From the NCBI GenBank assembly GCA_003971905.1, contig RSEE01000036.1, positions 62,001 to 126,000 on the forward strand: a stretch of DNA of 64,000 bases, written 5' to 3'. Position 1 is the stretch's first letter. The number at the start of each line of letters is the position of its first letter. The DNA comes from Moniliella sp. 'wahieum' (Eukaryota). The notes beneath the pieces were generated by a model. The model had not been told where the DNA came from. It saw nothing but the letters and a program-made list of their open reading frames with translations, and searched no databases. The translations under genes were made by a program, and so were the position numbers. Below, piece after piece: positions 51,401-64,000 of the stretch.

Positions 51401-52600
51401 ATGTACGGAAAAGTGGACGAAGATGCATGGCAGTTAGATTTGGCACCGCTATACTACATCCATATCATTGACAAAGCTTAAGCTTGGGACAGGGAAACGC
51501 TGCGTCTAAACCGAACCGTTCATGTTGCGAGAGTTACTTGGTAGCGCCATCAATGTCAAGGAACCAGGCGACGCCTGTTTCTCATGTTCTCTTCGCATAT
51601 TCGCGGGGAACATAGGTGGGTGTGTCCGGGGCGGACTGCCGAGAACCTCATGTCTTGTATTAGGCTCCTCTCTGTACGGGCATAGCCTGTGCATGTAATA
51701 CCCAAGATGAGAGAAACGTGGGTTAAGAGCGTGATGTAGTACAGGAGACATTTCCCTCCCGCGGTTGCGAAACTTCGGGGGCTGGGTAGGCATGCACATG
51801 TGATGTGGTCATCGAGATCATCGACATCTCTACTGTGAGCATATTCTCTAAAGGACCTACTCTACGCGCGAAATCTCGAAGAGAGGCCATCAACGTCTCC
51901 GCCTTGCATGTACACACAAAGCAACTTTTCACCACAGGTTCATTTCCACTCTTGAACTCCGGATGAACCGATCAAAGCAGCGCAGGTCAGGATCCTCCGC
52001 AGATATTCATCAGGCCCACATCCGCTTTTTGCTGAGTTAACCATGTTACTCCACCAGCACTGGTTCTTATTTTGTCATGCCCACGCGTCCCGCTAGACCC
52101 TGTTTGCCAGTGTAAGACCAAACCGATATGAGAGACCGCGATTGATTCCAACAACCGACGAAGATGAGTACCAACCCAAGCTGGCTGTCCCTCCTCCCAG
52201 GAGCATCGAAGTAAGTGCATCCCCTTCGGCATGCATTAGGAGCGAGATGGCCGCAGACTCTCGTTGAGTGGCTAAGTGCTACAGCTCTCTTCGTTCCGTT
52301 CCTAAGCCATGGTATCCTTACCCCCGTTCGACTGGTGGGACCATCGTACCAAAAAAAGTACATTCTTCTGCGTTCCACCTGCATCACCGCGCTCTCACCC
52401 TCAAGCACATCGCCCGAATGACATTGCTTGTATTGCTTGCCCTCTTGGCCATCAAAATGTTGAAAGAGCTAGGATTCCAAGTCGACTTGAGATGCCCGGT
52501 GCAAGGTAAATAGCTCCTGTGTATTTCAACAGGGCGGCTTGCTGAGGCTGTAAGGATATTGCAGATTCCAGTGCAGGGCGTTGCGGTAGATTACGACCCA

Positions 52601-53033
52601 TCATGAAGCTTGGGAAGCCGAGGGAAACAGACTCTATGCATGGCGTTAATTTATACCCAATACAAGTGGAAAGGAGAGACGTACCTCATATTGCTATCCG
52701 ACGAGCGCCCAATGAGTAGGTAGAGCAGTAGTCAGCACATCCAACAGAAGAGGAATCGGTACACATGCAGGAAGGAAAGGATTAGACGAAGGAGGCACGT
52801 ACAGCCGGTGTATAGGTCTTCTGAGAAAAGGCGTGCATGGAAGCGATCTCATCCTTGAGCTTCTCATTGACCAGCCGGTGCCGCTTGAGCGTTGTCAAGC
52901 CCTGGAAGGCCGAGGAGACAATGATCACATCAAATGCCTGCCCACACCCGCCACTCACATCCGACACCACCACATTCTGCACTCCCTCGACGCGAGCACG
53001 GATCGCAGCACTGAGTTCGTCTGATGAAACCAT
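52601..53033 (-). CDS. BOL2: BolA-family protein (Bol2/Fra2-like); exons 53033-52803, 52693-52685, 52633-52601
   Basis: SDVSGGCGQAFDVIIVS, TLKRHRLVNEKLKDEIASMHAFSQKTYTPA|QYE|SLFPSASQAS*; canonical splice signals. Confidence 0.88.
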
Positions 53034-53670
53034 CTCAGCTGTTGTGGAAGTTACTGGGACGGGAGAGGTGGTGTCGATGGTGGCCAAGACGATCGATGGC
53101 GACGTGGCTGATCGCGCTTCTGTCAGCACTCAGCGAGCGTGCTGTGTTTTGTGGGCAAGCAAATTTCATACGTTCATTCTGGGCCTTCCAATCCAACTAT
53201 GATATCGGGGCTATCGCACGAGCTACTCGACACTTCTCGCCCCCGTTCACTCTTGCACATCCACCAACCCCTGGCTCGAGCCGGGGTAGCGTGGCCGGTG
53301 AAGCCGCGCTTGCATGCTGACTACACCCTTTACCAGAATACGTCGGTCCTCCAGCTCGGAGATAGGTTGCTTTCGGAGGGGAAGGCGGGGATACTGTTTT
53401 GCCACGTGCTCTGAGAATCTCAATGTTCGCGTCATTCTGCGTCGCTCCATCTTTCATTTCGAGTGGGGATCGCTATCCTCCTCCATGCAATTGTCCACTG
53501 CCAGCACACTAACAGTGCATATCCAAACAACATTGTATCGTCAAAATCATGTTGCTCCTCGGACATGGTGCCAACCCGTTTGCCAAGATGGGAGCCCGGG
53601 TTGCGCCGCCGTTTTTCGAATCTCCGAGTAGTACTATCATGCATCACTGCTGATGGAGATACAGGTTCGA

Positions 53671-54206
53671 TCACGTGCTCTTCTCGGGCTCCTCCAAGAG
53701 CGCACGAGCATTGGCGAAGAGGTCAGGTCCGCGATGGTTGAACCGGGCAAACGAAGGGCGAGTCTCGGCCATGTCAATCGTGCTAGACCACACAGGACAT
53801 TAGTATAACCAACCCAAAGCTCCGAGGGAGACCAACATACCGCGTCCGCATTTCGCTGCTCCAAGTGATTCTCTTGAGGGGCTTGGTGGAGAGGGTGATT
53901 CCAACAACGAGGACGAAAAAGGAGATAAGAGTCTCAATCTTGATCTGCACTACCAGTTAGCTTCAGGGAGGGGGAGGGAAAGGGGTAAAGGGAAACGTAT
54001 GTGGTGAGAATATACGCACGTCAAGAGGGATCGGCTCTGGTGGCAGCCCAAAAGACTTGCGAATAGTAAGAACTGCAGTAAGGTGTTAGTGCATCAATGT
54101 GGGGTAGGAACAGAGAGTACGAACACTCGTACGCCGAGAAGGCGGCGTGAAGGAAGGCGAGCACGCCGAGGGCAATGACTCCGCGTCCAATGGCTTGGCA
54201 CGACAT
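53671..54206 (-). CDS. EMC5: ER membrane complex subunit 5 / MMgT family, multi-intron
   Basis: GVLAFLHAAFSAYE, IKIETLISF, LKRITWSSEM, TRPSFARFNHRG. Confidence 0.85.
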
Positions 54207-55116
54207 CTCGTTAGCCCAGACTGACGTTGATGAGGTGGTGGTGACGGGTGGAGACGTCGTGGAGCAACACCGGCTAGGCGCGGGCGGAATTTTGCGTTCC
54301 GGGTTAGTAAGTCTAATACGAAACGAATTTGGGGACGTGACCGATGACCGTCATCGATGCCGGTATAATCGATGACCGGGTCGATGACCTTTCCTGCCAT
54401 CTCTTTGGGTGTGGTCTGCAGGTCATGCCGGTCATGGAAGACTATTGACTATCCAACTTGGCCTCACAGCATCGATTCTTTGGGCACTGCCTTCTCAAAC
54501 ACCTTCCGGAAGGGTTAACAGAGCCTTGGGTCTCGTTGGATCGCTAGAGGGAAAGAGCGGGTCGACATCGCCTTCAATCTGTATAATAATAGCAAGGCCA
54601 AAAAAGGCGGCTTGGGAAGCTGCAGTATGGTTTGCCTTGAGCCCCAAAGCACCTATGAATCCAGAGATGGGATGTTTCCTGGTTTTTTGACCCTCAGAAC
54701 CTTGGCGGTAGGACCATTATTCGTCGTGCTTTGCCCATCGCCAGTTACTCGACTGGATCGAAGGCTACTGAAATGAATGCACCCTCTGCACATACCGAGT
54801 CATGAACCCACGGGGGCCAATTGCAGCCTGGGCGCTGCCTATTCGACCATCCCATCTTGAAAATGAAGAGCGTGTAATGGGTTAATGAAGCCTGACGCCT
54901 CCTAAGCCTCCTCGGCCTGACTAGCGGTGGGGGACAAGGTGCGAGGGAACGGGGAATTCTGACATCTGACTCGAGCCATGGCACAGGGCCTGTGTGCGCC
55001 TATCGCCATCTACCCGGCGTTCAGGCTTATTAAACCAAGTTTTTTAAAGTAAGTCCGTCTTCGTGTCGTGCTCGGCCCCATTTTTCCCCGTTGCACCACC
55101 ACCTCTTGTGTTTACG

Positions 55117-56718
55117 ATGTGGCGCTGCGTCTCCCTTTGCGCGTGCTCCCTGCGCGCCTTGCTGCTCGTGCTCATCACACGGCCGCCGCCCCTCCACGCG
55201 TTACCTAGCCGCCACGCACGTTGAGCCGGACGCGGCCAAGCCGGGCGCACCCGGGGTGGCCGGTCTGGTGGCCGAGTACGACACAGCCGTGCTGGCGACC
55301 TATGCGCGCCCCCCCTTGATCTTTACGCATGGGTCTGGCATGTCGGTGTTTGCCTCCACTGACGCTGGTGGCGAACAGCAGTATCTCGATTTTAGTTCGG
55401 GCATTGCCGTCAATTCGTTGGGCCACGCCGATTCCGAGGTAGCCAAGATCGCAGCCGCCCAGTCGGCGCGCCTGGTGCATGCCAGCAACTTGTTCCACAA
55501 CGAATGGTCCGGTCCATTGGCTCTCAAGCTCTCCAAGCTCACGGGGGAGCACGGCGGTCTCGGGTTGACTAAGGGTGAGGACCCCACCAACCGCCTCAAG
55601 GCTTTCTTTGCCAATTCAGGCACGGAAGCCAACGAAGGTATGTCTCTTTTTTCCATTCTTTCCCTTGGCAAGGCAAGCGACTGACACGGGCAATAGCGGC
55701 ACTTAAGTTTGTGCGCAAGGTAGCCAAGACCCGTTTCCCCGGCAAGGACAAGACCGGGCTGGTCTGCTTCCAAAACGGCTTCCACGGCCGCACGATGGGC
55801 GCACTCAGCGTCACGCCCAACCCCAAATACCAAGCGCCGTTTGCCCCGTTGGTAGGCAACGTTCACGTGGGCACGTACAACGATGTGTCGACGCTCGATC
55901 TGATTGACGATTCGACGGCTGGGGTGATTGTGGAGCCCATTCAAGGCGAGGGCGGGGTGACGCCAGCCACGCTGGAGTTCCTTACCGCTCTGCGGGCCAA
56001 ATGTGATGCCCATGGTGCGCTCTTGATCTACGACGAGATCCAATGTGGTCTGTTCCGTTCGGGCCCACTCTGGGCTCACAGTGAACTTCCCCTCTCGGCC
56101 CACCCGGACATTGTTACCATGGCCAAGCCGCTGGCGAACGGGTTCCCGATTGGTGCGACGCTGATGCGCTCCGACGTTGCCGATGCCATCGTCGTGGGCG
56201 ATCATGGGACGACGTTTGGTGGTGGTCCGCTCGTCTGCCGTATTGCGCACCATGTTTTGGACCGGCTGGCGGAGCCCGGGTTCGTTGCGACTCGCGAGGA
56301 GACGGCCACTTACTTCAAGGACAAGGTTGCTCACCTCGTTCAATTTTTCCCCGACTTGTTGGACCAAGAGAACAGCCCCCGTGGCCGCGGATTCCTGCTT
56401 GGCTTCAGCCTTAAGGACCCGGCGCACGTCGCGCGGCTGCTCAAGATTGCCAGGCTGCGTGGGCTGATTGTCCTGTCGGCTGGCAAGGATACGGTGCGCC
56501 TGGCACCTTCGCTCATTGTCACCAAGCAGGACATTGACACTGCGACAGAGATCCTGGAGTCTTCGCTTTTGGTCCTGAGGGAAGACCCAGACCAGCGCTT
56601 AACACTTGATCCCCAACTACAATCTACAATCATCTCACTTCCCCCCCAGCCCCTTGGAGTACATAAGTGTGCATGCAGAAATGGCGCAGAACATGTCACA
56701 GGAAGCCGGCAAGCTTGA
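55117..56718 (+). CDS. ARG8: Acetylornithine aminotransferase, mitochondrial; intron 55638-55696
   Basis: YLDFSSGIAVNSLGH, NSGTEANE|AALKF, FHGRTMGALSVT, IVEPIQGEGG, IYDEIQCGL, MAKPLANGFPIG, HGTTFGGGPL. Confidence 0.95.
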
Positions 56719-56919
56719 CGACTATTTTGGGTTGGCGTGTGAGAGTGCGGATTTCTCAAGATAGAGGGACTAATACAGCATGTCACTTTGCCTCTGGGAT
56801 CAATTGGATGAAGTGGGGTGCTTGTGCGTTGAGAGACTACCTTCGAGAACCATTGCTATATTCTGGCCTGAGCTATTGAATGATAAAGTAGCTAGGGAGC
56901 CGAGTATCGGGATTTACAA

Positions 56920-59900
56920 CTAGGATGCGTTTCGACTGCTGCGTCTGGATGCGGCAGGTGCACTGAGCCCAGCCAAGACGGCGAGGGCGGGACCATTGTC
57001 GTCTTGGAACACCAAGTGCTCAGTGTTGGTACGGCTGGACCACGCACGCTGGGTACGAAGCACCATAGCCTGTTGGGCAGCAAACTTGCGTCCTTCCTGT
57101 CTAAACCGCTCCCCTCCCGAGACGACGTGACCATCAACCCGGCTTCCCTCAAGCACTCCTAGCAGTGTCTCGAGGTCCTCCAAGATTCCCATCAGCGAGT
57201 GGATTGTCGCTTCGTGTTCTTCCTGAATGGGGGCGGATGAGGAAGGAGGGGAACCATTCGGAGAGAGAGGGGACGCTTGAACCCGTGCTGCGTAGGCCGT
57301 CTGGCTGGGCAAGGGACCAACAAAGCCCGGGGTGGAGATGAGTACCGCCTCAATCATTTGCCGCGACTGGAGCAAGACGGTAACAGCTTGCTGTGCGTTG
57401 TGGGGGGCAACTAGGACGGTGTTGGTGATCAAACTTGCCGTAAGCAACTCCATGGTACGTCGAGTGACCGGTGCGCGGGCATAGGCAGCTGTCTGGGCCG
57501 GAGGCATTCCTGCGTATGGGTCAATGCCGGGGAGAGATCGACGCTGAATTCCACAGGGCTAGGGAGACGGCTAGCTTGCTGTTGCGTACGGGGGTCGCGG
57601 TAAGAGGCATCGGCAAGGAAGAGATGCCTCCTCTACTTCAGGAGTGGACAGCAAGGCTGGATCCAAGCCAAACTGAACAAGGTACTCGTCCATCGCCCCT
57701 TCCTCTTGAGGACGAGCCACGCTGCGGTAAAGCGCATCAAAGTCCATCTCAAGTTCGAGAAGAATGTCCCGCTTGCTCCCATAAAGAAGTGGACCAAGAG
57801 GGACCTCCACGCTTTTCCCATCTTTCGAAACAAAGTAGTGACTAGTGGTCTTGGGTTTGCGAGCCATCACAGCTCGTTGGGGATCGATCGCGATACGCAG
57901 CGTCACCTCCGTCAAGGCAGTGGAGAGGAGCGAGCCGACGCAACCGGAAGTACGACTCGTAGTTCGGACGCCCGACGAAGGTAGGTATAGCTCCCCTTGG
58001 TTTGAGATGCAATCAACCAAAGCGATGTGGGATCGTGCTTCGCTCCCAGACCGAAAGTATGTACTCTGGCTCCTGTTGCCTCTGCTCGGCGAGAAAGAAG
58101 GTCCATCTCCTCTTTGTTGGGCCCGGTGGGGGAATCATCCAATACCAGCAGAGCCGAGACGGGGTTTTTGCTCCCGCGTTGGAGGAGGACATCAACCCCG
58201 ACGTTCCCACCACTGGACAGGTCAACATACTCGCTCATTCCCGGAAACTGGGAGAGATCCTCGGCAAAGGGCCCCATCGAAGCTCCATCGTGGGCCTGTG
58301 CAAGCAAGTCCAAGAACTCCACAATAGTATCGCGCGAGGTGGGAAAAGAGGGACGTAGGAGTCGTGTCTTGGCCACAAAGCCGCCATCTTGCTTGTGCGC
58401 AACACGGTAGGCGACAATACTGATTCTTCCTTTGTCCCCCATAGCGTCTAGCAGGAAGAGAAGGCTGGAACGAAGGAGGGTGAGCTTGATCGCATCGGAA
58501 GTGGGCATGCCTTCCCTTGCCATGGGTGGGATGGGGACGACGAGAACCAAATCGATCGCCACGGGGGGTAGAGTTTGGGAGTGGGGTCTCCTGGAAGGGC
58601 CTCGGAACCATCAAAGCTAAACCGGTCCAGAGCTTCGACTTTACATGGAACCAGGGAGGGTGCACCTTGCGGGGTGGGAATCGGGGGAGGAGCGCCTTGC
58701 GGACTCGGGATGGGGGAGGGTCGTGCAGTCGAGACCGAGCGAGGCGAGACTTGTCGGGTCTTGGTCCAATCAGGTGACGCAACCTCATCCTGGGGTGCGA
58801 TGCTCTGATGCATTGAGGGCGTGGAAATGTCCGACCGGGAAGACAGCAGCGGAGGCCCCTCCTCCATGCGTCCACTCAAATTCGTATCAAGCGGAAGAGG
58901 GATTTTGGCGTCAGGATGAAGGAGGTTATGAATCAGCCCTTCGATTCGATCTTTCCACACTTCGGCCTGTCCCTCCGAATGGAAGACCAAGATAAAGTCG
59001 GGGAGTTTTTATCGAGCATCTTGATGCTCAGCGCAGCCTCAGCCGAGGAGGAGGCCACCACCGCTTTGATATGGCGGAGGTAAATCCTTCCCTTGAGCTT
59101 GAGTGCGGAGGGGGCACTTCTGATCGTCTTGCTTCCGGTGCCTTCGTCCGAGGAGTTGGAGTAGGGACACTCAGGTACCGGCTCACATGTTTCTCTTATC
59201 CTCAAGTGTACAGAGCAGAGCCTCCTCCAGCAGATAGACACCAAATTGGCGCACCGTCTTGCCTTGAACAACACACACGAATCAAAGTACTGCAGCCGAC
59301 CAAAATGCTCCAGTTGATGGCCTTTCCAGTCAAGGATACGTTCGCTCAAGTCGGCTGTGACCTCAGCGCGATGGGACTCGTCGGATTGCGAGGGCGACAC
59401 GGGCTCCTCCTCGGGGAGGTCATACAGCCGTTTCCCATCGACGGGTGCTTCGCCAACTGAAGCCATGGACGAGAGCCGGTTCGCTGGCCGACGAGGGCCA
59501 CTTGGAATACCCACACGGCTCTTGCGGCGGAGGAGTATCCTTCCCCCGGTCCCGTACTCACGTGGGGATCGTCGTCCTGGGATGGACACGGTAACCAAGA
59601 CATTGAGCCGCTGCATGCTCCCGGGACTTGTCTCCTTGCGGTACACTGGGGAGACATCGCTGATTGCCTCGATGTAAGGTTGAACCATCGGTCCGACGGT
59701 CCGACCCGGTTCAGCCTTATCGTCCCCGTTTGCGTCAGACTGAGGGTTGCTGTCTGAGATAGAGGGCCGAGTCATGCCCCAGCCTGAACCCATCACAGCC
59801 GCTGTCTTGCCTCCCGGCCGGTCAGTGGTAAGCAAAAGCTGTTTCCGACAAACTTGGCAGACCAGCTCCTCGTGCGGAGTGCGGCGCAACTGGCCCACCC

Positions 59901-60550
59901 GCTCCTCCCTCTCTTGGGCGGCGAGGACGGCCTTGGGATCACCGTACATGGCGCTGAAGCATTCGTGGTGCATGGCGTGGGAGCACATCGGAACCACGTG
60001 GGGGCGTTCCCCACTCAATCGGAGCGACAAGGGCTCGAGGCAGATGGGACACTCGGGCTCGTCGCTGACGTCGAGCACGCTCTGGGTGGGGGCAGGCGGG
60101 GACACGACATGGCGGATCAAAGAGGCCAGGGAGGGAGGGGTGGAGTGTTCTTCCGGATGCGGGTCAGAGCTTATGCTGCCCGGGGAGAAGGGGGGGACAG
60201 AGCGGGGGGTTGATAGCGGCGCCACCACCGTCGCTGTGCCCTTGTCTTTCCTCGAGAGCAGGCCCGAGAAACGGCCGGGGCGTCTGGGCGGGGGGCGGAG
60301 GGGGAAGGGGGCAGGCCCACGCGCGGGCCCGATGCGGACGAGGGCCCAGCGGCGTGGGCGGAAGAAGGATGGTAGATGCCTGGGGTGGGGTTAGCATTCG
60401 CAGCCACGCCGCAAGAGAAGCGCGGGGCGCCAACGTACCGCCCTGCTCAAACTCCCACGGAGTGACTTCGGCGGCGAGGGCGGGGGGCGTGGCGTCGGCG
60501 GATGGGTGGGGCGGAGACGGGCCCGAGGAGCGCTGCCTGCGGCCGAGCAT
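56920..60550 (-). CDS. RING-H2 / PH / vWA domain protein (Far1/Ste5-like scaffold)
   Basis: CPICLEPL...PHVVPMCSHAMHHECF...CQVCR; LSERILDWKGHQLEHFGRLQ and LKLKGRIYLRHI (PH); IDLVLVV, VHTFGLGAKHDPTSLWLIA (vWA); FAAQQAMVLRTQRAW. Confidence 0.75.
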
Positions 60551-61187
60551 GCCGAAGGAGAGATGGTAGTGGCGGGGCCAGCACAGCGCGGCGTAGGAGG
60601 CCTGAGGCTTGCCTGCCGCCAGGCACGCTGCGTTGAGGCTGCGGATGGAGGGGCCGTCGACACGCGTTGGAATAGGACGTGCTCGGCAGGGCGGCGCCGA
60701 GCCAGCGCCGAAGAAGCGTCGCATGCCACATGCCACCACCAGCGCCTGCGCCACGCGCCAGTCGCCGCCCGCGCCCAGCCGCACCCAGCCGCAGCCCAGC
60801 CTCACGCCTCCGGCTGCGCACTGGCCGGCACTGGCCCAGCCCCTGCCTTGTCTCGCGCCTGCAGCGCCGTCTGCCGCCTGCGGGTCAAACGACACAAAGG
60901 CCAGCAGAACGGCCCCCTCGTCGTTAGCTTCACGCTGCCTCCACATCATCATGCACCAATCCAGGAGCGATGGACGCGTAGCCTGCCCATACCTCTGACC
61001 ACACGCACGCGACACCTTTCTGGGAGGAGCACCATCTATACAATCTGCCAACAAAGCGACGAGGGACGAACATATTTTTGCATGGCAACCAGCTGGCCAC
61101 ATGGGCACCCCCGCAGCGGGCAAGGCAAGCAAGAAAATCTCGCACAGGTTACTGAGATAAGACAAGCGTGACGCAAGAGCACGCAGC

Positions 61188-62562
<1,375 letters not shown>

Positions 62563-63679
62563 TCAGGGCCGCACGGGGGCAGTGCTGCCCATCCGGCTTA
62601 GCTAACACAAAGCGGTGGTTGAACGTTCAGTACGTTCAGTGGAACTGAACGCCCAGTATCAGTTGGCCTTTCGCCAGCCGGGGGATTCCGGGCTGCAGTG
62701 GCTGAGCTCAGCCGTCGCGCCGCGCGCCTGGACAAGCCAGGTGTGGAGCAGGCCGGCGGCCAGCTGGGACGCTTCGGACGTCGAGCTGACGAGAGCCCCC
62801 CCATCAACCGTTCCCCAGCCCCACTTCTGTCATACTCGTCGTTCCGGCGCACCACATTGCCCTTGCCCGCATCCTCTCCATCGCCACAGCCATCCAAGGG
62901 ACACACTGCGACGCAGCCGCTCCTCGAACGAGATGTGTGCGAGGGGGATGGAGTGAACGCGGGGCAATAATTAGGACCACTGCAAAAATGACACATCGGA
63001 TTGATGGTGCGTCTACAGCTCGGAACACAATACCAGACTCATGACGCATGACCACAGCAAGGGTGTCACCGGTCACCACGGGTCTTGCGTATGCTGTTTC
63101 GTTGGGCTACTCGTCGACCTCACTTGGCACCCTGCGGCATGCGGCATGCGAAAAACATGAAGAGATTCCACCGTTGTATATAAAAGTGAAGAGGTTCTTC
63201 CATGGTTAATTATGGCAAGTGTTCGCGGGCCCCTTTCTTCCGCCGTATACTAGGCAACAGTACTGCGTATACCTCCAACCACAGCATCCATTCCGATTAC
63301 ACACCAGACTAACTATATTCAAAGTAACCTGCTTCTTAACCCATCACATGTCACTGACTCTTGCGGCCACAAACCCCACTGGGAAACGGAAGTTTTCATC
63401 CCGTTCTGTGGCCCAGGCGCAAAGGGCTGTGATTATCCCTCACGTCTCGGTCCCCTCTCTTTCTTCTCTCCCTGCTGCACTCAAAGCTGGACTCGCATCA
63501 GGAGCATACAGAAGCTAGCTCAGACTGTTTCCCATCCTCCTTTTGCACAGTGCAATTGTCCCCTTAGCTTGGAAAGCAATAGCTATCCTCTCAGTTAACG
63601 GGCAGCCGCGTTCAGAGCCCTCATTGGCGTGACCGACTCCTTGCTCTCTCACCCATTGATCGCTTGGTCAAGTGCCTTG

Positions 63680-64000
63680 CCCGGCTAGCCCCGTTCTTTC
63701 AGACTATTGTGGGATGTTTGGCCACCGGGTCGCTTGTGCTTTGGCCAGCGTCCCTTGAGTTCCTTCTCATCAGGCCTAGGAGTTCTGTTGTCTTCTCTCT
63801 CATGTTTGTCCTTGTTCCGCAGCTTAGCCCTGGTGGCGACTCGCTGCTCGATGTTCCTCTGTTAGTAGCCGTGGCTGATTGGCTTAGACCCACCACCACC
63901 AGTGCGATTGCATCACCATCGAGGACCATCCGGACTCCAGGTCTCATCATGGAAGGCCGGCAACAAGGGAGGGGGGGAGGAGGAGGAATGGTGTGATGCA
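63680..64000 (-). CDS. Possible 3' end of a gene running off the window
   Basis: Pro-rich then charged minus-strand peptide fragments in alternating frames; no family recognised. Confidence 0.25.

Overview
GC-rich, gene-dense eukaryotic DNA with short GT-AG introns (GTACGT donors, CTGAC/CTAAC branch sites), most consistent with a basidiomycete fungus; a smut-related lineage is my inference. Nearly every gene, including actin, is broken by 1-2 nt indels, so this looks like an uncorrected long-read consensus. Gene ends are approximate and the frameshifts should not be read as pseudogenes. Recognisable content in order: intron-containing tRNA-Cys-like gene, secreted metallophosphoesterase, SYS1, YAR1, a Ty3/gypsy pol remnant, a large unannotated repeat protein, a truncated eIF4A-like gene, HUA1-like, PGC1-like GDPD, PAF-acetylhydrolase-like, FAB1, SRV2/CAP, HST2-like sirtuin, alkaline ceramidase, DSS4/Mss4, cyclophilin A, TMA23, a small acidic protein, RPP1, a multi-pass membrane protein, BOL2/FRA2, EMC5, ARG8, a RING-PH-vWA (Far1/Ste5-like) protein and actin. 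The standout is 6793-10144, which appears to encode six tandem dynein-light-chain (LC8)-like domains of three types. They were built by exon duplication and are interleaved with T/Q-rich segments and glycine-zipper motifs, a candidate self-assembling poly-LC8 scaffold. It lies next to a catalytically degenerate single-domain eIF4A derivative. All family calls come from motif recognition by eye; no searches were run.
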